DNA from: an uncultured bacterium
Lineage (GTDB): Bacteria; Verrucomicrobiota; Verrucomicrobiia; Limisphaerales; UBA8199
Length of the DNA: 64,000 bases
NCBI GenBank assembly: GCA_963749495.1
Contig: CAVVMW010000023.1
Location: 544,001-608,000, forward strand
Reading direction: 5' to 3'
In this document: positions 1 through 8,739 of the stretch, piece by piece
Layout of the letters: each line of letters opens with the position of its first letter
Position numbering within the stretch: the stretch's first letter is position 1
Translations under genes and position numbers: made by a program
The notes under the pieces: model-generated
Seen by the model: only the letters and a program-made list of their open reading frames with translations
Database searches by the model: none
What the model was told of the DNA's origin: nothing

Positions 1-1103
1 GTGCTCATAGAAACCCGCTCCCGCCAGGGCCCAATCCCTGGCCAGCGCCCAATTGAGACCCGGCCGGACATACCAGGCATCGACGGAATCGGATTCCACG
101 CCCAGGCGCAGTTGGCGCCCGGCGCTCAGGCTCAATCCCAACGCATCGGTCAGTTGATGGCTCGCGGTCAGGTCCACATACCAGGCATCCTCGTCCACGG
201 CCTTGATCGGGGGCACCGTCCGGCTGGTCTGGTCGAAGAGATACGCCGTGTAGCCCGCCCGGGGCACAATCCGAATCGCCGAACTGGGCCGCCAATCGCC
301 AAAAAGACCCGCGCTGTAAGCGGTGTTGTCGTTGAGCACCTGCCGCTCGTAACCGGTCAGCGCCACCGTCGCTTCACTGCCCACGACCAGCCGCGGGTGC
401 ATCCGCAAGCCCGCCCGCGCAAAGAAATCTTCCGAGGCGTGCGTCAGGTAATCGAAGGCCGGCGAGGAGGCGACGAGGTTCACATGGTCGTAGCCCAGGG
501 CCAGGTTCACCTGGTTCAAGTCCCAGTTCCCGGAGATGCCCGCATCGTTCTGGAAGTAGCCGTAGAAGCCGGTTCCGGCGACGGCACCCTCCAGAGCGGA
601 GTCCTGCGTGTACGCCATCCGGTCGTGCAGGTCGAACGTCAATTGCCCCGCATCGATGTCCAGGGCGACTTCCGACCCCGACCCGATGAGCCAATACGAG
701 TACTGGCTGTGCCGAAGGTAGTCGTCATACCCGGCCGCGAAATTCACGTTGAGGAAGCTGCTCTGACTGACGGGATAGCTGGCGAGGATCTGCCCGGATG
801 CCCGCAGGATGAAATCCGAGAGCGGATTGTACCTGGTCCCGTTGATGTCGTCGTTCCAGTCCAACTCCAGGCTGGTGGAGGCCAACAGCCGGAGGTCATC
901 GATCTTGACCGTATAGGCCGCGAGTTCCTGGCGCGCCCGCCGAGCCTCCTCTGCGGTCAGGTTCGCCTTCAAGACCTGCAGGGCCTCCTGAGCACGCGCC
1001 GCTTCGCAGGCCAGCACCGCCAGCCCCGCCACAGCGGCTTCAACCACCGAATCAGTTGCGGCCCGACCAAAACCGGCATGTGTGGAATGGCGTGATTTAG
1101 CAT
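1..1103 (-). CDS. Outer-membrane beta-barrel protein (polysaccharide-locus type); 3' end outside window; probable frameshift in signal peptide near 1025
   Basis: Not in ORF track. The minus-strand frame antisense to ORF 1..1095 reads AQEALQVLKAN...LASTSLELDWNDDIN...SDFILR...AWYVDLTASHQLTDALGLSLSAGRQLRLG...WYVRPGLNWALARDW (alternating amphipathic beta-strands). The ATG at 1103 (MLNHAIPH..RWLKPLW) is in another frame. Confidence 0.7.
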
Positions 1104-1111
1104 AAGGGTTG

Positions 1112-2134
1112 TCAGGGGACGGCCACGGGGGGTTGCCGCGGCTCGGCTGGATGGGGGTACCCGATGACGGCCGGGCTGTCGGGCGCCGCCTGCTCGGGCG
1201 GCGCGGGCCGGCTCCCGGCTCGGGACTGACCGCGCGTGCCGGGACCGCCGGCCTGAGGACAGAGCCCGCCCACACGCAATGGACAGCCCAGCCGCTCTTT
1301 GATTTGCTCCTGGGCCGCGTTGCCGCTCCCCAGGGCGCGCCTGCGCCACTGGCCCGGGCTGGTCCCGAACCGCCGCTTGAAGCAGATGTTGAAAAGACCC
1401 AGGTGGTTGAAGCCGCACTCCTCGGCCACGCGGATGACCTTGGCATCGGGATTCCGCAGCAATGACACCGCCTTGAGGAGCCGCATCTCCATCTTCAACG
1501 CCGCCACCGAAATGCCGAAGTGCTGGTGAAAGAGGCGGTTGAGATGACGCCGGCTGCAACCGAACTTGGCCGCCAGTTCGGCCACCGAGCAATAGAGCAG
1601 CTCGTTGGTCGAGAGCCGCTCGAAGACCTGGAGCATGTGCTCCTCGATCCGGACATACCCGGCGGGCGGGCGCTGCGCCCGCTTGAATTCCGCGGACAGG
1701 ATGGCGGCCGCAACTCTGAGCACCTGGCTGCGGTGCGCCAAATCGAACTGCGGCGGGACGCCTGCTGCCAGCCTCTGGCATTCCTGCGCCGTCTCGCTGG
1801 CTGCCGGATACACCTTCGCCCCCTTGAATCCATCCGTAAACCTCTGCAACAAAGCGATCTCCGGACCGACACATAGTGGGAACAAGTGTTCCGGGCACAG
1901 GCCAAAGCCGCCGAACTCAAACCCCGCTCCCTCCTCCGCTATGAGCTTGCCGGGTGACCCCCGGTTCAGCACCAGAACGTCTCCTGCCCCTACAGGCTGG
2001 CTGGCCATCCCCAGGACGTGTCGGCCCCGGCCCGCCCGGCCCAGCACAAACCCCAGCCCGCAGCCCACGCTGCTCCATTCCTCAAGAGGTCGCAGGCGGA
2101 CCGTGCGCAGTCTCAGATAGTCTTCCGTGGCCAT
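1112..2134 (-). CDS. AraC family transcriptional regulator
   Basis: C-terminal double HTH SVAELAAKFGCSRRHLNRLFHQHFG...VAEECGFNHLGLFNICFKRRFGTSPGQWR; start ATG 2134 (MATEDY) or 2224. Confidence 0.9.
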   Translation of the reverse strand: MATEDYLRLRTVRLRPLEEWSSVGCGLGFVLGRAGRGRHVLGMASQPVGAGDVLVLNRGSPGKLIAEEGAGFEFGGFGLCPEHLFPLCVGPEIALLQRFTDGFKGAKVYPAASETAQECQRLAAGVPPQFDLAHRSQVLRVAAAILSAEFKRAQRPPAGYVRIEEHMLQVFERLSTNELLYCSVAELAAKFGCSRRHLNRLFHQHFGISVAALKMEMRLLKAVSLLRNPDAKVIRVAEECGFNHLGLFNICFKRRFGTSPGQWRRRALGSGNAAQEQIKERLGCPLRVGGLCPQAGGPGTRGQSRAGSRPAPPEQAAPDSPAVIGYPHPAEPRQPPVAVP

Positions 2135-2486
2135 TGCCTGATAGATAAACTCGGACGCCGCATCGTGTCCCTCCGGCACACTCCAGGCAACAACAACAGA
2201 GCAAAATCCGTGCCTCGCCTTCACATCCCCGCCCTGGCCAGCCCGAAGCCAATCCCAACTCGAGACCGCCAGATCCTGGCAGGCTCAGGCCGGACCAGCG
2301 ATTGCCGGCACAAAACTCACCGGTGGTCGCCTGGCCACGGCACTTGTGCCGATCAACAGCACCACTTAACTAAAAAGCAGGGGCCAGGTCCATACATAAA
2401 TTGACCGAAACCCAGGCGGGATTGGGACATGGAGGGAGGTGCGGGGCGAGGCTCGCCTGCCCTAAATCGAACTACGTAGCATTGGC

Positions 2487-2571
2487 ACAACCTTTGTCGC
2501 AGCCTTTGTCGAAACCTTTGTCGAGCTCAGCCGGATTTCGACAAAGGTTCCGACAAAGGCTGCGACAAAGG
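2487..2571. repeat. Palindromic element of 12-mer units (CCTTTGTCGnnn x3 ... CGACAAAGG x3)
   Basis: Read directly; related copies at 12218-12300, 22858-23148 and 33052-33136. Confidence 0.9.
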
Positions 2572-2599
2572 CAGGGGAGCCGAGCGTTCGGCTCAGGCT

Positions 2600-3007
2600 C
2601 TATGCCGGGGTTGGCCGCATGGCCTGGAGGAGCCGATCGGCGCTCTCCTTTACATCGAGCAGGTGGGCCGGCCTGTGGATAACGCAATCGACGCATTCGC
2701 AGATCTCGGGAGGGTTGCCCGAGTACATGAGGATGGGAGTCGAGGGGGACCGCGCCTTGATTGCCTGAGCCATTTCCAAGCCGCTCATTCCGGGCATGAA
2801 ATTATCCGTGATCACCAGGCCGTGCACGGCCGGGCTGAAGACCGCGAGGCCCTCCTCGGCATTGCGCGCCGATTGGACTATATAACCGAAGCTGGCGAGA
2901 AACCACTTGGTGGTAATCCGCGACACGTCGTTATCGTCGACAACCAGGATGGTTATCGCCGAGAGCGAAACAGTGTCTTGAGGTTGTTTGGCTTCTGAGT
3001 GCTGCAT
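2600..3007 (-). CDS. Single-domain response regulator (receiver)
   Basis: ILVVDDND...ITDNFMPGMSGLEM...PILMYSG; conserved Lys appears as HRP; start uncertain (3007-3109). Confidence 0.85.
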   Translation of the reverse strand: MQHSEAKQPQDTVSLSAITILVVDDNDVSRITTKWFLASFGYIVQSARNAEEGLAVFSPAVHGLVITDNFMPGMSGLEMAQAIKARSPSTPILMYSGNPPEICECVDCVIHRPAHLLDVKESADRLLQAMRPTPA

Positions 3008-3195
3008 GTGCATCTTCAAACCTCGGCATCCTACCACAAACGTCAAAGTCAAGTCCATGCACATTTGAGACGGGCGCAAGCGCCTCTTGGACATGCGGGC
3101 CAACATCAATTCTTGGACGCCCCAGGCCGTGTAGTGTAGCGGCGGACCGGTCTGACCGGCCGGACATGGCCGGTTTCACCTGCACGTTCCCCGTT

Positions 3196-5793
3196 TCACC
3201 GTCTCAGCCGCATAGCCCGAAACGGCGGCCTCATTCCCGGCCCGTTGCCGCCAGTCCGCATCCCCTCGACGCTGCGGAGGGCGCTCGCCGTCGGCGCCGA
3301 TTCCAGGTCCAGGATGGTCTGCGCCAGGCGCGCGTAGGTCTTGGCCAGGCCGAGGTGGTTCTCCACGCCCTCGATCCAGTCCTCGGCGCCGGTGCGGACG
3401 TCGCGTTCCTTGCGCAGGTTCAGCAAATGCCCGTCCAGGATGGCCTGGCTGACGCCGGGACCGATATGCGTCTGCGGCAACCGCGCTCGTCTCAAGCTCC
3501 GGACGGCTTTCTGGCTTCCGGACTCAGGACTGTGGACTGCCTGCCCGTCCGGCAGGCGGGTGGACCGTGGACTGTGGACTAACTCTATCACGCCTTCGGC
3601 GGGCGTTAAGAAGTCATTAACGGCCGTCTGAATCGATTCCGAGCGGTTGCACTTGATCAGCGGATAGATCCGGCCCTCTTGTGTGAACCCGATCGTCTGC
3701 TCGATGCCCCGCGCCTCCCCGGCCACGAACAGCACTGCCGCTGCCCGGATCCCCTTCCATCTCGCCCGCTCCCCGTCCCAGGACAGGCCCGCCTGCCCGC
3801 CGCCTGGCAGGCGGGCCTGCCTGCCGGCAGGCAGGGCGCCCAACCCATAGAGCCGCATCTTGAGCAACTCGTTGCGCGGCGCCGCCGGCGGCGGATAGTC
3901 CTCCAGGCCGTTGAGCGACAGGACCAGCCGTTTGGTCAGGTCCGGCTCCCCGCCCGCATCCAGGAACAGGCACTCGACGCCCAGAGTGCTCATCAAGACG
4001 GGCACCCTGGCCGGGGCGGTGCCGCTGGCGATGAGTTCGGCCCACACACAGGCGCTGACGAGCGGGCCGCGCACCTCATCGCACCAGAACCAGCAGCGCG
4101 GCCCCATGTCCATCCCCGCGACGCGGGTACTAGTCCACAGTCCAGAGTCCACCCGCCTGCCGGACGGGCAGGCAGTCCACAGTCCGGCAGGCCCGGTGGG
4201 AGAGCGCGTCCCCCGCGGAGACTGTGGACTGCCCGCCTCGCTCGCGCTCCGGCGCGGCGGGTGGACCGTGGACTGTGGACTTGCCAGCGACATGGCATAG
4301 GACTCAGCCGCTTCCCGAGATTCAGCCATCCCGAGAAAGCGGCAGTCATCGAGGACGGCCTGGGTAATCGGCTGGGCGGCGCCGGCGTTCGGGATCGCGA
4401 TGCGGTCGCAGTAGAAGGCCTGCATTGCGTTGCCGCTCGGGTCTTCGAAGGCGGCGTACCAGGCGCCGACAATTTCCTGCACCGGGATGGCGCTGATGTT
4501 GAGCTGGGAGACGCGCACGCCAAGCCGCGCCTGCGCCATCCGCTCCGGGTGCTTCGCGACATACCGGCCGCTCTCGCGGTCCAGCTCCGCCCCGCACTCC
4601 GGGCAGGCGACGTAGTACCGGGCCAGCCGGTCGTGGCCGGCCTCGGGGGAGAGGAGAGGGTCGAGGGTCGCCATGCCTGCCGGCAGGCAGGAGGGTCCAG
4701 GGGCAGACGACAAGCGCGAGGCGGCGCCAGGCGCTTGCGGACTGTGGACTGCCTGCCCGTCCGGCAGGCGGGTGGACTGTGGACTGTGGACTCTTACACA
4801 ACGCGGGAACTTTTCCTCGAGGCACCACTCACGCCCGCAGTTGGGGCAGGGCACAAGCTTCACGTGGAAGCTCGAGGCCTTGAGCCGCGCGTTCTGCCCG
4901 GCGCCGGCCACGCGCTGGGTCCCGATGAAACACGTCAGGTGCACCGGCGAGTTGGTCATGCGCGCATCCACGTAGCCAATGTTCCGGTCCGGGATGTCGT
5001 CGACCTCGTCCAGCAGCGCCAGGTTGATGGTGATCGAGGTCGGCGGCTTGTGCATCCCGCAGAAATTGCCGAAGGCCTTGCGTTTGCCGTTGGTCACCGT
5101 GTAGCTCTCCTTGCGGTCGATGGTCTTGCCGCTGGCGTTTTGGGTCTTGCCGATCTGGATCATCTGGGCCATCCAGGGATAGAGGTCCAGGACGTTGGGC
5201 CGGAATTTTTGCCCCGCGATTTCTTCCACCTTTGGCCGGTCCGGGAGATAGTTGCCCACGCTCAGGAACCGGATAGCCGTTGCGTATGCCATCAGGTTCA
5301 ACTCGAGGATCGTCTTGCCGAACTGCGCCCCGCCCCCGACCGCTATGCTCGCCCCCTTGAGTTGGCGCGGCCCGAACTCGACCCCGTCGATCTCGACCCG
5401 CTCGCCGTCCAGCGTGTTGCGGACGATCTTGTCCAGCCAATCGACCACGACCTGCAGCGGCGCGCGCCCCGCCATCGAAAACCGCCCGCCGGTGCCGTCC
5501 CGCTGCAGGACCCGCGCATGGTCCGTCAGGAACTCCTTGAACGTCCCGCACCGCGGCGCGTTGCCCACCCTGGCCCTCTTCGATAGCCGGGCATCCAACC
5601 CCTCCAGCGCCGTCGGACGCGGACTCTGGACTGTGGACTGTGGACTGGATTGGTGGATTGATGGATTGATGGATTGGTGGCAGAGGGCGTCGGACTGGGA
5701 GACTGTGGACTGTGGACTGTGGACTCTGGACTGCCCGTCCTCCGCAGTAGCTCTGCTACGGAGGGTGGATGGACTCTGGACTGTGGACTTCAT
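3196..5793 (-). CDS. Phage terminase large subunit (GpA-like) with in-frame repeat insertions
   Basis: Walker A-like GGGAQFGKT, Walker B LALLDEVDD, CPNCG/CPECG Zn pairs, RNase H-like VAGMDMG and FLDAGG, C-terminal ENHLGLA. Confidence 0.85.
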   Translation of the reverse strand: MKSTVQSPSTLRSRATAEDGQSRVHSPQSTVSQSDALCHQSINPSIHQSSPQSTVQSPRPTALEGLDARLSKRARVGNAPRCGTFKEFLTDHARVLQRDGTGGRFSMAGRAPLQVVVDWLDKIVRNTLDGERVEIDGVEFGPRQLKGASIAVGGGAQFGKTILELNLMAYATAIRFLSVGNYLPDRPKVEEIAGQKFRPNVLDLYPWMAQMIQIGKTQNASGKTIDRKESYTVTNGKRKAFGNFCGMHKPPTSITINLALLDEVDDIPDRNIGYVDARMTNSPVHLTCFIGTQRVAGAGQNARLKASSFHVKLVPCPNCGREWCLEEKFPRCVRVHSPQSTRLPDGQAVHSPQAPGAASRLSSAPGPSCLPAGMATLDPLLSPEAGHDRLARYYVACPECGAELDRESGRYVAKHPERMAQARLGVRVSQLNISAIPVQEIVGAWYAAFEDPSGNAMQAFYCDRIAIPNAGAAQPITQAVLDDCRFLGMAESREAAESYAMSLASPQSTVHPPRRSASEAGSPQSPRGTRSPTGPAGLWTACPSGRRVDSGLWTSTRVAGMDMGPRCWFWCDEVRGPLVSACVWAELIASGTAPARVPVLMSTLGVECLFLDAGGEPDLTKRLVLSLNGLEDYPPPAAPRNELLKMRLYGLGALPAGRQARLPGGGQAGLSWDGERARWKGIRAAAVLFVAGEARGIEQTIGFTQEGRIYPLIKCNRSESIQTAVNDFLTPAEGVIELVHSPRSTRLPDGQAVHSPESGSQKAVRSLRRARLPQTHIGPGVSQAILDGHLLNLRKERDVRTGAEDWIEGVENHLGLAKTYARLAQTILDLESAPTASALRSVEGMRTGGNGPGMRPPFRAMRLRR

Positions 5794-5823
5794 TTTAGCC
5801 TTTAGCCTTCAGCCTTTAGCCTT
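5620..5823. repeat. Composite array: GTGGACT heptamers, ATGGATTG octamers, hairpin CCGTCCTCCGCAGTAGCTCTGCTACGGAGGGTGGA, TTTAGCC heptamers
   Basis: Read directly; spans the terminase 5' end and the 3' end of the upstream gene. Confidence 0.9.
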
Positions 5824-6362
5824 TCGGCGAATCGCGCCCGCCACGCGCGGTATTCTTCGAGCAGGTCCGGGTGCTGCTGGAGCACTTGGGCCAGTTCATC
5901 GAGGCCGGCCTTGATCTTCTTCTGCTGCTGCAGCCGGAACTTCTCCCAATCCCGCCGGGCCACCGAGTCGTGCAAATCCGTGGCCACCACCTGGAGCCCC
6001 AGCTTGGGGTCCCCGCGCATGTCCGCCACCGCATAGAGGCGCTTGATGGCGGCGTCCCGCAGCCGGTCCCGGTCCACGTCCGGACACTGCTCGCGCAGCA
6101 TCTGCTCATCCTGCGCCGCCATCTCGTTGAGCCGCTCCCATTGCATCTGGCGATACTGCCAGCCCCAGAACCTCTCGAGATGCGAATGGCACCCAAGTGA
6201 GATGCCGTGTGTCTTCAAGATGCGTTCCCGAATCGCCGCGTTGGTCATCCCGGGCTGGTCCCTCCATTCCCAGATCGCCGCCCAATCCTCCGGGGGCAGC
6301 CGCTTGAGCCGGGTCATCGGACTTTCCAGGTCATTCCCGCGTAATTTCCGGGGGCAACTCAT
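5802..6362 (-). CDS. Putative terminase small subunit (DUF3486/Mu gp27-like HTH protein)
   Basis: RLKRLPPEDWAAIWEW...TNAAIRERILKTHGISLG..HLERFW pattern followed by coiled coil; 8 nt upstream of the large terminase. Confidence 0.6.
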   Translation of the reverse strand: MSCPRKLRGNDLESPMTRLKRLPPEDWAAIWEWRDQPGMTNAAIRERILKTHGISLGCHSHLERFWGWQYRQMQWERLNEMAAQDEQMLREQCPDVDRDRLRDAAIKRLYAVADMRGDPKLGLQVVATDLHDSVARRDWEKFRLQQQKKIKAGLDELAQVLQQHPDLLEEYRAWRARFAERLKAEG

Positions 6363-6420
6363 TCCGTTTCAGCCGGCTAAAAATGTCTTCACGCGCCCAC
6401 TCTGCCGCGCCCCGGCCCGC

Positions 6421-6460
6421 CTCGTCCAGGGACAGCGCGGACTGCGCGGACTGTGCGGAG
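6421..6460. repeat. 9-mer array GTCCAGGGA-CAGCGCGGA-CTGCGCGGA-CTGTGCGGA
   Basis: Read directly; related copy at 48867-48905. Confidence 0.7.
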
Positions 6461-6594
6461 GAAAAAGGACCCCCAGACCCCCCCCAGGCGCGCCGGCCCC
6501 CCTGTGAATAACTTTTCCCCCTCCATGCCCATGGTTGGACAGGCTTTGTCCTACCACTGGACATATGATCACTAGCGAGAAGAAACGGTTCCGC

Positions 6595-6786
6595 ATGAAA
6601 ACAGCCATTTTGATCCTGGACCCCGAGCTCGAAGCGGTGGCGGCCCGCTGGAGCGCGGCCCGCTGCCGGAAGGCGGCCCGCCTTTGCAGGGAGTGGGCCC
6701 GCGCCCTGAGCCTGAAAGCCCTCGTCCAGGAGTCCTCCAAACCGCCGCCCTCGGCGCCCGAGCAATCCGCGCTCGATCAGAACTAA
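6595..6786 (+). CDS. Small hypothetical phage-like protein
   Basis: MKTAILILDPELEAVAARWSAARCRKAARLCREWA; helical, GC3-rich codons. Confidence 0.45.
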   Translation: MKTAILILDPELEAVAARWSAARCRKAARLCREWARALSLKALVQESSKPPPSAPEQSALDQN

Positions 6787-6831
6787 CCGCGCAGCGTTCT
6801 GACTGCTCTAGCATGTTCGGGGGCTGACTCG

Positions 6832-7758
6832 CTATCGCTCGCCGACGCCAGGGGCGCCGGGGGCGGGAACGTGGTGGCCGAAAATGCCGAGTTTGGCGCG
6901 CAGGATGGAGTCGAGGCGGGGTTTGTCAGACGGGTGAAGGGAGATCAGACGTTTGCCCTCCTGCTGATAAAGCTGCTGCTTCTTCAACATGCCAATTCTG
7001 TAGTCAGCCGTATTCATGCCCCAGTACTCGATGTAAACGTCCAATTCAGGCAAGTAGAAGTCGGGCCGAACGGCATGGCCGCTGAGGATGCGGAAGCGTT
7101 CGTCGTAGCGGAAGGCGATGCTGTGGGCGGTGAGCCAGTCGGCGATGAGACGCTCGCCATCGGATTGGACGAGCACGCCAGCCTTGGCAATGATTGTCTT
7201 GTTCAGTTCGACCTTCGTGTCAAAGTTGCGCCGATCGAGGAAGACCTCGTCGAAGCAGGAGTCGCAAAACGTGCGTTGGAAGGCCTGTTGACTGCGGGTG
7301 TGTTCCTCGGCGGTGGTTTCGCGGCCGCATCGGGCGCATTTGTGCCGGGCCCCTTCTTGCTCCAGACGCAGGGCTTCGCGGACCGCCTCGGCGGCCGAGT
7401 GCGCAGCGCGGCGCACGTAGTCCTTCACGCGCTCGTTGAGGGCCAGGTCGTCGAGGTCGTGCAGGTGCTCACGGGCGGCGACGCCGTACGCCTTGAGGGC
7501 TTTCAGGGCATACTGTTGGGCTTGGGGATGCGGGTCGCGCAGGGCGACCGGCGCGAGAGCCTGCACGGCTGCGTTCCGATCAGCGCCGAAGGATGCGAGT
7601 TTGCCGATGGCGGAGGCGGCGAGGCGGCGCACTTCCGCCGATGGCATCTTCAGCAGGCGCGTGAGTTGCGGCAGGGCGCCGGGATCCGCCCCGCGGCCCA
7701 ATAGGAGAGCCTGTTGCACCGCTTCATGGTGGAGTTGGCCGTCTATGTTGCTGTTCAT
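6832..7758 (-). CDS. HEAT-repeat + Zn-ribbon + PD-(D/E)XK-type endonuclease
   Basis: EVRRLAASAIGKL/AQQYALKALK HEAT repeats; CARC..CDSC; VQSDGERLIADWL...RYDE...RPDFYLPELDVYIEYWG. Confidence 0.75.
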   Translation of the reverse strand: MNSNIDGQLHHEAVQQALLLGRGADPGALPQLTRLLKMPSAEVRRLAASAIGKLASFGADRNAAVQALAPVALRDPHPQAQQYALKALKAYGVAAREHLHDLDDLALNERVKDYVRRAAHSAAEAVREALRLEQEGARHKCARCGRETTAEEHTRSQQAFQRTFCDSCFDEVFLDRRNFDTKVELNKTIIAKAGVLVQSDGERLIADWLTAHSIAFRYDERFRILSGHAVRPDFYLPELDVYIEYWGMNTADYRIGMLKKQQLYQQEGKRLISLHPSDKPRLDSILRAKLGIFGHHVPAPGAPGVGER

Positions 7759-7922
7759 TCCGGGAAAGGGTTTGTCGCGTCGGCGAGCGCAAGCGAGTCA
7801 GCAGCTTGGACCCTCGGCCTCCAACCCTGGAGCTTTTGTGCTCCTTTTTCGCGGTTCTGGCAACAACATTCTTGCCTGCAAGGTAACCGGCCCAGTGATG
7901 GCGAAGACACAGTCCCCCCGCC

Positions 7923-7981
7923 GTTAGGTTAGAAAAAGTTAGATTTTTCTCTTGACTCTGTCTAACCATTTGTCTTACCTT
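7923..7981 (+). promoter_or_regulatory. Sigma70-like promoter with operator-like GTTAG/CTAAC repeats upstream of gam
   Basis: TTGACT (7952-7957) N18 TACCTT (7976-7981); GTTAG x3 upstream and CTAAC in the spacer; AT-rich patch. Confidence 0.55.
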
Positions 7982-8013
7982 TGGGGCCGGTAAACAGACG
8001 AACACCAACTGCC

Positions 8014-8541
8014 ATGAAAACGCTTGCCATCAGTTCCATGGAGGCGCTCGACACCGCGGCGGGCGAGTGTACCCGGACCCGAATCCAGCTCACCCGGTGG
8101 ATCGCCCAGAGAGATGCCGCCGTGGCCGCCCTGGAAAACGAGTATCAGCCGGCCGCCACGGGTCTGACCCAGAAGATCGCCGCGCTGGAGGCCTCCATCC
8201 AGGATTACTGCGCTGCCAACCGCGCCGCCCTCTTTCCGCAGAAGAAGAGCCGCGAGACCCACCTCGCCGAGTTCGGTTTCGAGATGACCCCGCCGCGCGT
8301 CGAAACGGCCAACAAGAAGATCAAATGGAAGGACGTCGTCGCCCGCCTGGCGCGGGTGGCCTGGGGCCGGGCCTATATCCGCACCCCGGAATGCCAGGTC
8401 AACAAGCAGGCCCTGTTGTCCGACCGCGAAAAGCTGACCCCCGAGCATTGCCTGGCCGCCGGCATCCAGTTCTGCCAGGACGAACAGTTCTTCATCCGCC
8501 CGAAACCCGAGACCGCGCAGCTCACTCTGAAGGAGGGATGA
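8014..8541 (+). CDS. gam: Mu-type host-nuclease inhibitor Gam family protein
   Basis: Coiled-coil N-terminus, LEASIQDYCAANRAALFPQKKSRETHLAEFGFEMTPPRV...YIRTPECQVNKQALL...GIQFCQDEQFFIRP. Confidence 0.85.
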   Translation: MKTLAISSMEALDTAAGECTRTRIQLTRWIAQRDAAVAALENEYQPAATGLTQKIAALEASIQDYCAANRAALFPQKKSRETHLAEFGFEMTPPRVETANKKIKWKDVVARLARVAWGRAYIRTPECQVNKQALLSDREKLTPEHCLAAGIQFCQDEQFFIRPKPETAQLTLKEG

Positions 8542-8597
8542 GGCGCGGGTCCCGTCCGCCTACACCCCCTTTTCAATCGAACGGACAGGAGTTTCAC

Positions 8598-8708
8598 GAA
8601 TGACGAATGACGAATGACGAATGACGAAATTGCACATGGCTCCGCCGGTCTTGCCATTCGTCATTCGTCATTCGTCATTCGTCATTCGTCATTCGTCATT
8701 CGTCATTC
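8598..8708. repeat. Inverted heptamer arrays (GAATGAC)x4 ... (CATTCGT)x7 between convergent gam and lysA
   Basis: Read directly; the arrays are reverse complements and can form a long hairpin. Confidence 0.95.
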
Positions 8709-8739
8709 CGTCGTCGAACTGCCGATCCCAGTATCACGT

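Noticed and set aside
1..1095. 364-aa plus-strand ORF
   Set aside because: Antisense shadow of the minus-strand beta-barrel gene.
3679..5586. 635-aa plus-strand ORF (likewise 14081..16378, 28885..30951, 40330..42555, 49214..50950, 58564..60318)
   Set aside because: Stop-free antisense frames of real genes in high-GC DNA; no recognisable motifs.
6781..6831. Integron attC site after the nuclease gene
   Set aside because: The GAAC..GTTAG spacing is short, the internal palindrome is poor, and there is no integrase or cassette array.
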